Positions 27,440 to 37,629 of a DNA stretch of 64,000 bases are shown in pieces. Position 1 is the first letter of the stretch. Each line of letters opens with the position of its first letter. Below the pieces are notes generated by a model. It ran no database searches. It saw nothing but the letters and a program-made list of their open reading frames with translations, and had not been told where the DNA came from. Both the position numbers and the translations under genes were made by a program. Source of the DNA: Planctomycetota bacterium (lineage in GTDB: Bacteria; Planctomycetota; Planctomycetia; Pirellulales; UBA1268); contig JANNSZ010000077.1 of assembly GCA_031403195.1 (NCBI GenBank), forward strand, positions 12,568-76,567. The letters are read 5' to 3'.

Positions 27440-28335
27440 ATCTCATTGAGATCCATGCGCGGGCGAAGGCGGCAGCCGCAGCGGCCAGGCTGCCGCTACG
27501 GAGCGGGCACTGGGCTGGCACTGCCGGCAACGTGCTGGGCCGCGGCAGTGGGAGCTCGATCGATTTTCAGGACCACCGTCAGTATGTCCCCGGCGATGAC
27601 CCCCGGCACATGAACTGGCAGGCCTACGCGAGGACGGGACACTACACGATGAAACTCTATCGTGAGGAGGTCACGCCTCGAATCGATCTCATCTATGACA
27701 TGAGCGGCTCGATGTTTCTGGATCCGGCAAAGGCAACGCGGGCGTGGGAGCTGTTCTACTTTTGCCTGGAGAGCGGCCTGCGGCTCGGGGGGCACCTGAA
27801 ACTCACTGTGCTCGGCCGCGCGGCAGACGAGTTGCCCGAAGAGGTGCCTCTCGAGCAGGCGCTTGCCGATGGCTGGGCGGATGCGGTCACCGCCGCGGCG
27901 AAGAGTGGACAGATGATCGCGGTCGCCGAGCCTGCGGGTCTGTCCGACCAGCTCGATCGTGTGCCACTTCGTGCCGGTTCCCTGCGGGTGCTCGTGAGCG
28001 ACCTGCTGGATGAGTCGCCGCCGAGTCGAGTGACCGCGCGGCTTTCCGAGTCGCGTAGCCGCGGCATCGTGCTCGCGCCGTTTGCCACGAGCGAGCGGGA
28101 GCCAGACTGGGATGGCAATATCGATTTTGAAGACGCAGAGCGCGGGACGCGGTCGCGGCAGCGGGTCGACGGAGCCATGCTCGACCGCTACCGCCAAGCG
28201 TACGGCCGGCATTTCGCAGCGTGGCGGGAGGAGTGTTCCCGGCGGGGCCTGGGGTTTGCGAGGGTCGGCGACGCCGGTGATCTGCTCACCGCATTGCGCG
28301 GCGAAGCGGTGCCGGCCGGCGTGATCGATATGTGA
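27436..28335 (+). CDS. DUF58 domain protein (MoxR partner)
   Basis: GSSIDFQDHRQYVPGDDPRHMNWQAYAR followed by LIYDMSGSM. The start ATG at 27436 overlaps the preceding stop; the long upstream extension from 26596 is out of frame with the permease and is rejected. Confidence 0.88.
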   Translation: MNLIEIHARAKAAAAAARLPLRSGHWAGTAGNVLGRGSGSSIDFQDHRQYVPGDDPRHMNWQAYARTGHYTMKLYREEVTPRIDLIYDMSGSMFLDPAKATRAWELFYFCLESGLRLGGHLKLTVLGRAADELPEEVPLEQALADGWADAVTAAAKSGQMIAVAEPAGLSDQLDRVPLRAGSLRVLVSDLLDESPPSRVTARLSESRSRGIVLAPFATSEREPDWDGNIDFEDAERGTRSRQRVDGAMLDRYRQAYGRHFAAWREECSRRGLGFARVGDAGDLLTALRGEAVPAGVIDM

Positions 28336-28356
28336 CATGAGAGGGCGCGGGGGACG

Positions 28357-30240
28357 ATGATACCAGGCCTCTTCTTCGCGAACCCTTGGGGACTGACCGC
28401 GCTTGCGGCGGTACCCGCGCTCGTCGCGATTCATTTTCTTCAGGAAGGGTCCCGCCGGGCGCGGGCCAGCACCCTCTTCCTGCTCGAACGAGCTGCGCCG
28501 CTTCCCGCCGGAGGTATGCGGCTCGAACGGTTTCGCAACTCGCTTCCTTTCTGGATGCAGCTCCTAGCCATCATCGCCCTGGCATGGCTTCTGGTAGATC
28601 CTCGCTGGGTGCGGAGTGAATCGCGGCAGACGGTCGTGGTGGTGCTCGATAGCTCGGCCTCGATGGATGCAGCTCGAAAGCCCACGCTCGACCTCCTCAC
28701 GCGGCGGCTCACAGCATGGAACGCTGTTGCCTCCCGTACCGACTGGCACCTGCTCGAGACAGGGCCTGGCCGGCCGCCGCTCTATGCGGGACGAAGCCTG
28801 AATGAGTTGCTCGGAGCCACAGACGGATGGCGGCCCACGCTCGGTACGCACGATCCTCGTGCCTCGCTCGCCCTGGCCGAGGCGCTTGTACCCGGGGACG
28901 CGGGCGTCGTCATGCTCGTGACCGACCGACCAGCGCCCGTGCCTGGAGGCGTGGCGGTGCTCTCCGCCGGCGAGCCGTTTGAGAATGTCGGTTTCTCAGG
29001 AGGCGATGTCGACCGTGCCGGTGAACGGCTCGTGTGGCGGGCGCTGGTCACCAATCATGGTACCGAGCCGCAGGAGCGTGAAATCACCGCTCGCGAGGTG
29101 CGCAGCGACGGAACACCGACAACCCTCGGACCACCTCAGTCGATCCGTCTCGAATCGGGCCAGAGTCGCACGGTCGAAGGTCCGTGGCCGGAGGGAGCCG
29201 AGCGGGTGGTGGTGGCGCTCTCCCGGGATCGGTTCGGTATTGACGACGCGCTCCCACTCGTGCGGCCCGTGCCACGGATCGTGAAGGTGGCGTTTACAGC
29301 CAGTGGGCCAGCCGCAGACTTGCTCGCACGCATGGTCAAGGTTGCCGACGGCGTGGAGATCGTCCCCGACGCGAACGCTGCAGACCTTCTCATCTGTCGG
29401 TTCGCACCCGTTCCCGAGGCAGATGGAATTCAGCTCACAATCGCGGCCGAGCCGAACACTGACGATGCCGGTAAGTTAGAGAAACCTTCCAAGCGACAGC
29501 CCGTCGCATACGACCCAGCATGGGTTGCCGCCGAGGATCATCCACTCACCCGCGACCTTGGCTGGGGCGGGCTCATGTCGGGTTCCGCGGGCGCGCACGC
29601 CCTGACGGCCGCGGATGAGCCGCTGCTCTGGAAGGGTAGAAAACCGCTGGCGTTCGTCCGTTTGAACGTGTTGCCAGGTGGCCGCCGCGTACAGAATCTC
29701 GTGCTGAACTTTGATCTGGCCAGTTCGACAGCGGCTCGGTCCCCGGCGATCGTCGTGCTCGTGCAGCGATTTATCGATCGCATCCGCGCGCGGATTGAGC
29801 GGCCGTGGGCCGCCAACGTTGAGACGGGCCAGGTTCTTGGCGTCCCGCCCAGCGTGGTAAGCGGTCCGGCAGGGCGTGCCATGATGACTGTTGCGGATAT
29901 CAACGGCGGCCAACCCGCATCCCTGACGCCGTTTCATGGACGGGCTCCGTGGGCACCTGGGTTCTTCACAGTGGCAGCGGCTCAGAATCCCCCGGCGACG
30001 ATCCCACTCGTGCGGGGTGCCGCACAGTTCGCTGATTCCCGCGAGAGTGATTTTCGCGGGGCGGCGCCGGTGGACACGCTCGAGGCGATCCGTCTGGCTC
30101 AAGCGATCAAGCAGTCGATTGCCGACCCATGGGCACCGCTCTGGGCCGGCATCGCGATCGGTGCCCTCGTGATCGCATGGGGTTGGCGCGGGGCCAAGGC
30201 CCGGGCTGCCGACGATTTCCCACAACACTCTGGCGCGTGA
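28357..30240 (+). CDS. BatA-N-terminal-domain membrane protein with degenerate vWA-like DxSxS
   Basis: The N-terminus FFANPWGLTALAAVPALVAIHFL is typical of the aerotolerance BatA_N domain, with a second TM helix. VVVVLDSSASM motif and a C-terminal TM helix (WAGIAIGALVIAWGW). Confidence 0.8.
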   Translation: MIPGLFFANPWGLTALAAVPALVAIHFLQEGSRRARASTLFLLERAAPLPAGGMRLERFRNSLPFWMQLLAIIALAWLLVDPRWVRSESRQTVVVVLDSSASMDAARKPTLDLLTRRLTAWNAVASRTDWHLLETGPGRPPLYAGRSLNELLGATDGWRPTLGTHDPRASLALAEALVPGDAGVVMLVTDRPAPVPGGVAVLSAGEPFENVGFSGGDVDRAGERLVWRALVTNHGTEPQEREITAREVRSDGTPTTLGPPQSIRLESGQSRTVEGPWPEGAERVVVALSRDRFGIDDALPLVRPVPRIVKVAFTASGPAADLLARMVKVADGVEIVPDANAADLLICRFAPVPEADGIQLTIAAEPNTDDAGKLEKPSKRQPVAYDPAWVAAEDHPLTRDLGWGGLMSGSAGAHALTAADEPLLWKGRKPLAFVRLNVLPGGRRVQNLVLNFDLASSTAARSPAIVVLVQRFIDRIRARIERPWAANVETGQVLGVPPSVVSGPAGRAMMTVADINGGQPASLTPFHGRAPWAPGFFTVAAAQNPPATIPLVRGAAQFADSRESDFRGAAPVDTLEAIRLAQAIKQSIADPWAPLWAGIAIGALVIAWGWRGAKARAADDFPQHSGA

Positions 30241-30248
30241 TCGAGGAA

Positions 30249-32810
30249 ATGCCCATGCTCTCACTCTCCGGCATTCGATTCATCGCGCCGCAGTGGTTCT
30301 TGCTACTCCCGGCGCTCGCAATTGCCGGATGGTATTGGCGGGGGCTTCACCTCGAGAGGCCGCTGCGGATGGCGTGTCTCCTCCTGGCGGTCCTGCTCCT
30401 TGCCGAGCCTCGGGTGCGGCAGCAGGGGGACGGGCTCGACCTCTGGGTGCTTGTCGATCAATCCGATTCTGGGTGGGAGGATCTCGCCCCGCGGCTTGCC
30501 GAGATGGAGACGATCCTCGAGAAGTCGCGGGCCTCGGACGACCGGATCTTCTACGTGGACTTCGCCGACGAGGCGGTGACACGAGGCGCGCTTCTTCGGA
30601 GCGGAGCGGCGGCCACTGAGTATGCAGGGAAGCGATCAGCAACACGGCTAGCCTCGGCGATATCACACACGCTTGCCCAGATGCCGGCCGACCGCGCTGC
30701 CAGGATCCTGGCCATCACCGATGGCTTCTCGACCGAACCCCTTGATCGGGCATCAGAAAAACTCCTGGAGAAGGGGGTGGCCCTCGACCTGCGGCTGCCG
30801 CCGCGATTCGACGCCGAGGACTACTCAGTCGCCGCCTTCCGTTTGCCGCGGCGCGTGCAGGCCCGCGAGGGGCTCCTGGCCGAGGTCGTCGTGCGTGGTG
30901 GGAGCGACGCAACGGTGCCGCTCGAGATCCTTCGCGACGGCAAGCCGATCGGTACTCGTAAGATCGAGGTTCGAGGTGGCAAGGGCCGGGTACGATTCGC
31001 AGACCGTCTCGCGGGGGCCGGGGCGCACCGCTATGCCGTGCGCATCCTGCCCGAACGTGATGCCATCGCCGGCAATAACTCGGCCGAGCAGTGGGTGGAG
31101 GTGCAGGGGGGTGGGCGGATCGTTCTGGTGACCGCCTACACCGAGCCACCGCTCGCCACGGCACTCCGGGGCCAGGGCCTCGAGGTCGATGTCGTGAGCG
31201 ATCTTGCCACTGCCCATGTCGGGCTTTTGTCGGGAGCCAAGGCCGTCATCCTCGACAATGTGCCGGCGTACAAGCTTGACCCAGGGTTCATGAAGGGACT
31301 GGAGTTCTTCGTGACGGCTCAGGGGGGCGGGTTGGCGATGACCGGTGGAAAGTTTTCATTTGCCTCGGGTGGCTGGTTTGGTTCGTCGCTGGAATCCCTG
31401 CTGCCGGTAAGCATGGAGCTCAAGCAGGAGCATCGCAAACTCGCTGTCGCGATGGCGATTGTGATGGATCGATCGGGCAGCATGGCGATGACCGCCCCGG
31501 GAACGAACGAAACGAAAATGGCGCTTGCGGATGAAGGGGCCGCGCGGGCGATTGAGCTGCTTGGCGACAACGATCTCGTCGCACTCATTCCGGTCGATAG
31601 CGCGGCCCACCCCCTCTCTGACGCGCCGGTGGCGGTCGGGCCGAACCGAGCCAAGCTCGTCGCCGCGGCCCGCAGTGTCGTGAGCGAGGGGGGCGGCATC
31701 TTCTGCTACACAGGCCTCGTAAAGGCCTGGGAGTTGCTCAAGAAGACACCAGTGGGCCAACGGCATGTGATCCTATTTGCCGATGCGGCCGATGCCGAAG
31801 AACCCGGGGAATACCAGGCGCTCCTTGCCGAAATGGTGAAAGAAAAATGCACGGTGAGCGTGATTGGTCTGGGCAGCGAACAGGACCCCGACGCCGAGTT
31901 CTTGAAGGACATCGCGAAGCGTGGGAACGGACGGATCTTTTTCAACGCCGATGCCAAGGAGCTGCCCGCGCTCTTCGAGATGGAGACGGCCACGATCGCC
32001 CGGTCGGCGTTCTTGGACGAGCCCGTCGCGGTGAAGGGCACCCCCGGCTGGTCTGAAATCGCAGCATCGCCCATCGACTGGCTGCCACACGTTGACGGCT
32101 ATAACCTCACCTACCTGAAGCCACACGCATCGCAGGCCGCCGTGTCGGGGGACGAATATGCCGCGCCCCTCGTTGCCTTCGGGCGGCGAGGTACTGGGAG
32201 GGTTGCGGCAGTGATGTTCCCCCTCGGGGGCGACTTCTCTGAGCTGACCCGCGCATGGGATGGCTACGGTGGCATGGTGCAGAGCCTCACGCGGTGGCTT
32301 GCTGGGCCGCCGCTTCCTCCGGGCGTTGGTATGCAGAGCCGTGTCGATGGCACGCAGGTCCGGCTCGATCTCTTCTACGACGACTCGTGGGCCGACCGTG
32401 TGGCGAGCGACGCGCCCGAGCTGACCGTGTCGCGCGGTCCCGGGGGGGCGGCGACCGTGATCCCGTGGGAGCGACTGGCACCCGGACACTATGCGGCGGG
32501 CGTCGATGCCGCTGACGTGGAATATGTCCGAGGGGCGATCCGGCTGGGAGACACGGCGCTCGCGGTGGGCCCGATCAACGTGGCGTCGAATCCGGAGTGG
32601 GCGTTTGACCGTGGCCGGGTGGAAGAGGTCCTCGCCGTCAGCAGTCGATCGGGCGGCGTCGAGCGGGTCGACCTCTCGGATATCTGGAAAACCCCACGGC
32701 CAAGCGCCTGGCGGGGAATCCATCGCTGGCTGCTGCCACTGCTCGTCGTGACTATCCTTCTCGAGGCGCTGGCAACTCAAGTCGGCTGGATCTGGCCACG
32801 GACCCGATGA
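30249..32810 (+). CDS. BatA_N + vWA domain membrane protein
   Basis: The ATG at 30249 gives FIAPQWFLLLPALAIAGWYW. vWA MIDAS motif IVMDRSGSM with downstream LIPVDSAAH and HVILFADAADAEEPG. C-terminal TM helix WLLPLLVVTILLEAL. Confidence 0.85.
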   Translation: MPMLSLSGIRFIAPQWFLLLPALAIAGWYWRGLHLERPLRMACLLLAVLLLAEPRVRQQGDGLDLWVLVDQSDSGWEDLAPRLAEMETILEKSRASDDRIFYVDFADEAVTRGALLRSGAAATEYAGKRSATRLASAISHTLAQMPADRAARILAITDGFSTEPLDRASEKLLEKGVALDLRLPPRFDAEDYSVAAFRLPRRVQAREGLLAEVVVRGGSDATVPLEILRDGKPIGTRKIEVRGGKGRVRFADRLAGAGAHRYAVRILPERDAIAGNNSAEQWVEVQGGGRIVLVTAYTEPPLATALRGQGLEVDVVSDLATAHVGLLSGAKAVILDNVPAYKLDPGFMKGLEFFVTAQGGGLAMTGGKFSFASGGWFGSSLESLLPVSMELKQEHRKLAVAMAIVMDRSGSMAMTAPGTNETKMALADEGAARAIELLGDNDLVALIPVDSAAHPLSDAPVAVGPNRAKLVAAARSVVSEGGGIFCYTGLVKAWELLKKTPVGQRHVILFADAADAEEPGEYQALLAEMVKEKCTVSVIGLGSEQDPDAEFLKDIAKRGNGRIFFNADAKELPALFEMETATIARSAFLDEPVAVKGTPGWSEIAASPIDWLPHVDGYNLTYLKPHASQAAVSGDEYAAPLVAFGRRGTGRVAAVMFPLGGDFSELTRAWDGYGGMVQSLTRWLAGPPLPPGVGMQSRVDGTQVRLDLFYDDSWADRVASDAPELTVSRGPGGAATVIPWERLAPGHYAAGVDAADVEYVRGAIRLGDTALAVGPINVASNPEWAFDRGRVEEVLAVSSRSGGVERVDLSDIWKTPRPSAWRGIHRWLLPLLVVTILLEALATQVGWIWPRTR

Positions 32811-32829
32811 CACCTCCAAGGATCCTTGT

Positions 32830-33819
32830 ATGAATCCCGTGATCCGCGTCGCACTCATGCTGTGCCTGATTGGTGCGGCTCCTCTCGTCCGTGGTGAGCA
32901 GCCGGCTCGTCCATCGGATGCAGCGGCCGTCCGCAAGCTCGTGGCGACGCTCCGGGCTGCGAAAACCACGAACGATCGGCTCGAGCAGACGGTCGCTGCG
33001 CTGGCGGCGATGAAGCCTGACGGTGTTTCGGCGCTGGATGACTACGTGACGCGCGAAGTGTCACGACTTGCTTCCGTGGCAGGCTCAGGCCCACAGCCTG
33101 GGCCGCTCGACGAGGAAATTGCCAAGCTTCGCGAGGTGCTCCGCCGGCTTCGCGAGGCCGCTGATCTGACCAAGGAACAGTTGGAGAAAGAAGGGCTGCC
33201 GGCGCTCGAATCACTTACCGTCGCATGGTCGAAGCGAGAGGCGGCGCTGGCGCCATGGCACAAGCAAAAACAGGTCGCCCGCATGCATGTCGAGCGGCTG
33301 ACGGCGCTCGTGGCGGCGTGGCAGGCCGCCGATGCTGACGCCCCGGTTGCCGGCCATCTCGGCGCGCTGGGCACGCTGACCACGGACCTGGCACCCGACG
33401 ACCCCGAATCAGCGAGAGTGCTAGCCGACAACAAGAGGATTGCCTCGGGGCTGCCCGCGGAGGTCGTCACGGGCATGAACGCGGTCAACGCGATCCGCGT
33501 ATCCTGCGGTCTCCCGCCGCTGATCTTCGACGCCAAGCTCTGTGAGGCCGCGGCCATGCACTCCCGTGATATGGAGTCAAAAGGCTTCTTTGCGCATGAG
33601 TCGCCGCTGCCTGGGAAGGCGGCCTTCACGGATCGCGCCAAGCTCGCGGGTACGACGGCCTCCGGTGAGAACATCTTTATGGGCTCGACCAGCGGTGGCG
33701 AAGCCGTGAAGGCTTGGTTTGTGAGCCCTGGCCACCACAAGAACATGCTCACCAGCGAGTACACCAGGCAGGGGCTCGGCTGCGCGGGCAAGCACTGGAC
33801 GCAGCTCTTCGGACGATAG
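32830..33819 (+). CDS. secreted CAP/SCP (PR-1-like) domain protein with N-terminal coiled-coil region
   Basis: Signal peptide MNPVIRVALMLCLIGAAPLVRG. C-terminal CAP pattern HSRDMESKGFFAHESP...GENIFMG...AVKAWFVSPGHHKNML. Confidence 0.85.
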   Translation: MNPVIRVALMLCLIGAAPLVRGEQPARPSDAAAVRKLVATLRAAKTTNDRLEQTVAALAAMKPDGVSALDDYVTREVSRLASVAGSGPQPGPLDEEIAKLREVLRRLREAADLTKEQLEKEGLPALESLTVAWSKREAALAPWHKQKQVARMHVERLTALVAAWQAADADAPVAGHLGALGTLTTDLAPDDPESARVLADNKRIASGLPAEVVTGMNAVNAIRVSCGLPPLIFDAKLCEAAAMHSRDMESKGFFAHESPLPGKAAFTDRAKLAGTTASGENIFMGSTSGGEAVKAWFVSPGHHKNMLTSEYTRQGLGCAGKHWTQLFGR

Positions 33820-33827
33820 TGTTCACG

Positions 33828-35072
33828 CTACGCCGGCGACAAGGCGTAGTCGTCGAGGAGCGATTCGATCCGACTGCAGACATCGGCCATCGCTTCGGCA
33901 TCGGGCAGAAGCGTGACGCGGAAGTGATCGCGGTAGGGCACATTGAAGCTCGAGCCGGGGGCCACGAGCACGTGCTTCCGCTCGAGCAGGTCGAGGGCAA
34001 AGGCCTGATCGTCGAAGGCCGCGAGGCCTCCCGGCAGGCGGTCGGCGTGGACCCGAACAAAGCCGTACATCGCGCCCATCGGTGCCGGCGCGAGCGACAG
34101 CCAGCGACTCTTCTGCATCGCCTCGAGAAGCGCGGCCCGCGTGGCGTGGAGGCGACCGCCGGGTCTGGTGAGCTCAAAGATGGACTGGTGACCGCCCAGC
34201 GCCGTCTGCACCGCGAACTGGCCAGGCACGTTCGAGCAGAGGCGGAGCGACGCCAGGAGGTCGAGGGCATGGATGTAGTCGCGGGCGTGTTCCCGCTCGC
34301 CCGAGAAGACGAGCCAGCCCACGCGCAGGCCGCAGGCCCGGTAGACCTTGCTGAGACCCGAGAATGTCAGACAGAGCGCCCGGGGAGAAAGCGTCGCCAG
34401 GGGTACGAACTCGGCACCGTCATACAGCATCTCGTCGTAGATTTCGTCGGCGCAGAGTACGAGATGCCGTCGCTCGGCGATGCCGGCCAACGCCGCGAGG
34501 ATCTCGCGCGGGTAGACGGCCCCTGTGGGATTATTGGGATTGATAACGACAATCGCTCGGGTCTTATCGGTGACGAGTCGCTCGACCTCTTCGGGATCGG
34601 GCACATAGCCCCGCTCCGGTCGGCACGGATAGTGGACGGCCGTTGCGCCGTGGATCACGACGCTTGCGGTCCAGAGCGGGTAGTCGGGGCTTGGCACGAG
34701 TACCTCGTCACCCGGATTCAAGAGCGCCCGCATCGCGAGCATGATCAGTTCAGAGACGCCATTGCCGATGAAGACATCGTCGGCGGTGACATCCATGATG
34801 CCGCGGTTCTGTTGCTGCATGACCACGGCTTCACGGGCCGGAAAGATTCCCTTCTGGTGCGAGTAGGGATCGGCCTGGTGGAGGTTTTCGACGATCGCCA
34901 CCCGCATCGAGGAGGGCATGCGAAAGCCGAACGCACCGGGGTTGCCGATGTTGAGTTTGACGATGTCATGGCCCTCCCGCTCGAGCTGCTCCGCTCGACG
35001 GGCAAGCGCGCCCCGAATCTCGTACTTGACATCGTGAAGGTGTTCGGAAGCGCGAAGCGGTGGGAGGCTCAT
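33828..35072 (-). CDS. class I/II PLP-dependent aminotransferase, AlaA-like
   Basis: N-terminus HDVKYEIRGALARRAEQLEREGHDIVKLNIGNPGAFGF resembles alanine aminotransferase AlaA. PLP-Lys context FSGLSKVY. Confidence 0.9.
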   Translation of the reverse strand: MSLPPLRASEHLHDVKYEIRGALARRAEQLEREGHDIVKLNIGNPGAFGFRMPSSMRVAIVENLHQADPYSHQKGIFPAREAVVMQQQNRGIMDVTADDVFIGNGVSELIMLAMRALLNPGDEVLVPSPDYPLWTASVVIHGATAVHYPCRPERGYVPDPEEVERLVTDKTRAIVVINPNNPTGAVYPREILAALAGIAERRHLVLCADEIYDEMLYDGAEFVPLATLSPRALCLTFSGLSKVYRACGLRVGWLVFSGEREHARDYIHALDLLASLRLCSNVPGQFAVQTALGGHQSIFELTRPGGRLHATRAALLEAMQKSRWLSLAPAPMGAMYGFVRVHADRLPGGLAAFDDQAFALDLLERKHVLVAPGSSFNVPYRDHFRVTLLPDAEAMADVCSRIESLLDDYALSPA

Positions 35073-35144
35073 ACGTTGGGTCTACCGGTGAGGTGAGCCC
35101 TCAAGTGTAGATCGCGTCAGGGGGCTCGGTTCCACTTGTACCGA

Positions 35145-35759
35145 CTATTCCGGTCGGATCGCGGTTTCCTTCAGGAGCGCCACGATCGCCGCCGCCATGT
35201 CTGACTCGTCTTGTGGACGGTAGCCGACCCAAACGCGGCGGACCGTGGCGTCGGGGCCAACGAGATACGTGGCGGGCACCGCTTGGAGTCGAAGCTTCGT
35301 GCTGAGGAGGTCGGCGTTCAGAGGATCGGTAAAGACGTAGGCCGAGATTGGGAGTTTCTGCCGGAGGAGAAATTCTCCGGTTTCGGCGGCCAGGTCCGCG
35401 GGGCTCTCCTCGCCGCTGCCAGACACCGATACTGCTACAAGTTGGAACCGGCGGTCAGCGGCCAGAGACGTGGCCATTCGAGCGAGACCTGGCAGTTCGC
35501 GACGGCACGGCCCGCACCAGGTCCCCCAGTAGTTCAGGAGTGTCACGCGACCAGCGAGTGGGAGCGGGGTGGCAGACAAGTCGGCGATTGGCGCGATAGG
35601 AAGTGGCGGGAGGTTCACGCCCATGGCGGGATGGCGCGGTGGTTCACCGCAGCCAGCGAGCGCGACTATGACCACGATGCTCAGGGAGGCTATCGCAATC
35701 AAAAATCGCCGCCACGGTATCATCACGCCGAACGCGAACTGCAGCGGTGTAGCGGTCAT
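35145..35759 (-). CDS. TlpA-like thiol:disulfide oxidoreductase, membrane anchored
   Basis: WGTWCGPC active site and TM anchor FLIAIASLSIVVIVALAGC. The ATG at 35759 is chosen; the Pro/Arg-rich 176-aa upstream extension to 36287 is rejected. Confidence 0.85.
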   Translation of the reverse strand: MTATPLQFAFGVMIPWRRFLIAIASLSIVVIVALAGCGEPPRHPAMGVNLPPLPIAPIADLSATPLPLAGRVTLLNYWGTWCGPCRRELPGLARMATSLAADRRFQLVAVSVSGSGEESPADLAAETGEFLLRQKLPISAYVFTDPLNADLLSTKLRLQAVPATYLVGPDATVRRVWVGYRPQDESDMAAAIVALLKETAIRPE

Positions 35760-35797
35760 GCGGGCCAGGTCCGTGACAGGTGGTGAAGGAGCTTTCA

Positions 35798-36379
35798 GTG
35801 TACGAGGTCGAGCAGAAGTTTCGCGTTGCAGAGTTTGCTGGCATCGAAGCACGGCTGGTTGCCTTGGCCGCTTGTTTTCGCGAGCCTGTCGAACAGTGCG
35901 ACCGCTACTTTGCCCATCCGTGCCGCGATTTCGCTCGGACCGACGAGGCGCTACGGCTCCGCCGCGTGGGCGACGATGTGGCCATGACCTGGAAGGGGCC
36001 GCGAATTGACTCGACCACGAAAACACGCCGCGAGCTTGAGCTGGGGCTCGCCGCCGTGACGCCGCCGCCTGGAGAGCCGAGCGGTGGACAAACGAGCCTG
36101 GATCGCTGGACCGAGCTGCTGGAGGCCCTTGGCTTTCGCCGGATGCGGGATGTCGCCAAGCGGCGCCGTGAGGCAAGCGTGCCTTGGCAGGGGTCTGAGG
36201 TGGAGGTGGCGCTCGACACGGTCGCCGGCCTGGGTGCCTTTGTGGAGCTTGAGATCCAGGCCTCCCACGCGGCAGTGCCTCAGGCAACGGCGTGCCTCGA
36301 GTCGCTGGCCCGCGAGCTCGGCTGCAAGGACTCCGAACGGCGAAGCTACCTCGAGCTCCTTCTCGCAGCAGGCGGGTAG
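35798..36379 (+). CDS. CYTH-domain protein (CyaB-type class IV adenylate cyclase / triphosphatase family)
   Basis: ExExK signature at the N-terminus (YEVEQKF) and C-terminal GAFVELE. The GTG at 35798 is preceded by AAGGAG at 35786-35791 with a 6-nt spacer; the ORF track starts at GTG 35780. Confidence 0.8.
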   Translation: MYEVEQKFRVAEFAGIEARLVALAACFREPVEQCDRYFAHPCRDFARTDEALRLRRVGDDVAMTWKGPRIDSTTKTRRELELGLAAVTPPPGEPSGGQTSLDRWTELLEALGFRRMRDVAKRRREASVPWQGSEVEVALDTVAGLGAFVELEIQASHAAVPQATACLESLARELGCKDSERRSYLELLLAAGG

Positions 36380-36414
36380 AACGTCCTCGATCGTGCGCTC
36401 GCCGACCGGCTGCG

Positions 36415-37629
36415 TCAGGGTTGAAAGAGGATGCAGGCCGGTGCGGGGACTTGGACCTCCTGACCCGTGAACGTGAGTTTCCCCGTCGTCTCGTCGATCG
36501 CGAAGACGGTCACGCTGTGCGATGTCTGACCGGCGGCGAGGAGGAACTTACCGCCCGGTGCAATCGCAAAATGCCTCGGCGTTGCGGCTCGCGTCGGCTC
36601 GGCGCCGAGGAAGGTGAGCCGACCGTTTTCGTCATCGATGCGATACATGGCAATCGAATCGTGGCCACGGGTGCTCGCGTAGAGAAACCGACCCGACGGA
36701 TGCACGGCAATCTCTGCGGACGTGAAGCCGCGGCGGTCGGCGACGTCGTCCGGAAGTGTGGAAAGTGTTTCGATGTCCGTGAGCGTGCCAGCCGTGGCGT
36801 CATAGGTGAACCCCGTCACCGTGAGCGCTAGTTCGTTCACGCACCATGCGAACCGACCGGAGGGATGCATCACAAAATGCCGAGGCCCCGATCCGGCGGC
36901 AAGGGTAGCGTGACCGTGTGGCTTGAGCGTCGCCCGATCGGCGTCGAGCTGGTAGACGAACACTTTGTCGAGGCCCAAGTCACACACGAAGGCAAAACGG
37001 CCGTCCGGCGAGACATCAACGGAGTGGGCATGCGGCCTTTCTTGTCGCTGGGGATCGATGCCGAGCGTGCCATGGCGATCGTAGGTGTGTTGGATGAACC
37101 CACTGGGCGTGCCCTGCACCACAGACTTGAGGCTGCCATCATCATCGAGGCCCAGGCACATGACGCTCCCGCCACCGTAGTTGGCTGCGAGCATGACCTT
37201 GCCCGTTGGATCGACACAGACATGGCACGGGCCTTTCCCACCCGTTGGCACTGGCCCACCGGTCGGAGGATCGCCCAGGCGTCCAAGCGTTGCGCTCTCG
37301 GTGTCGATTCGAAATGCGGCGACCGCACCGACCGGCTCACCCGATGAGTCGTCGGTGCACACGGCATACAGTCGCTGGAGCGTCGGATGCATGGCGAGGA
37401 ACGACGGGTTCTTGATCTCGGCAGCCACCACCGGTGGCGAGAGGACGCCGCTTGCACGGTCAAACCAAGAGACATAGATGCCCCGCGACTCTGGTCCCCC
37501 CTTGTTGGATCCCTTGGAAGTGCCGAACCATACGAGATGTCCGCCGACCGGCTCTGTGGCGGACAGCGAGCCGGCGCAGGCAAACAGCGGCACCGCGCCG
37601 AACAGCATCATGAGGTGAATGGCTCGCAT
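36415..37629 (-). CDS. 7-bladed beta-propeller lactonase family protein, secreted
   Basis: Repeated motifs GPCHVCVDPTGKVMLAANYGGGSV, PHAHSVDVSPDGRFAFVCDLG, GSGPRHFVMHPSGRFAWCVNE and TPRHFAIAPGGKFLLAAG. The signal peptide MRAIHLMMLFGAVPLFACAG starts at 37629. Confidence 0.85.
   Translation of the reverse strand: MRAIHLMMLFGAVPLFACAGSLSATEPVGGHLVWFGTSKGSNKGGPESRGIYVSWFDRASGVLSPPVVAAEIKNPSFLAMHPTLQRLYAVCTDDSSGEPVGAVAAFRIDTESATLGRLGDPPTGGPVPTGGKGPCHVCVDPTGKVMLAANYGGGSVMCLGLDDDGSLKSVVQGTPSGFIQHTYDRHGTLGIDPQRQERPHAHSVDVSPDGRFAFVCDLGLDKVFVYQLDADRATLKPHGHATLAAGSGPRHFVMHPSGRFAWCVNELALTVTGFTYDATAGTLTDIETLSTLPDDVADRRGFTSAEIAVHPSGRFLYASTRGHDSIAMYRIDDENGRLTFLGAEPTRAATPRHFAIAPGGKFLLAAGQTSHSVTVFAIDETTGKLTFTGQEVQVPAPACILFQP

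Noticed and set aside
33828-33849. Hairpin CTACGCC-N8-GGCGTAG at the convergent CAP/aminotransferase junction
   Set aside because: It has only a 7-bp stem, lies inside the last codons of the aminotransferase gene, and has no U-tract.
33714-35096. 460-aa plus-strand ORF opposite the aminotransferase gene
   Set aside because: It is antisense to a clear PLP aminotransferase, has no motifs, and overlaps the end of the CAP gene in another frame.
35760-36287. 176-codon N-terminal extension of the TlpA-like ORF
   Set aside because: It is Pro/Arg/Ala-rich with no structure and lies antisense to the CYTH gene. The ATG at 35759 gives a normal membrane-anchored TlpA of 204 aa.
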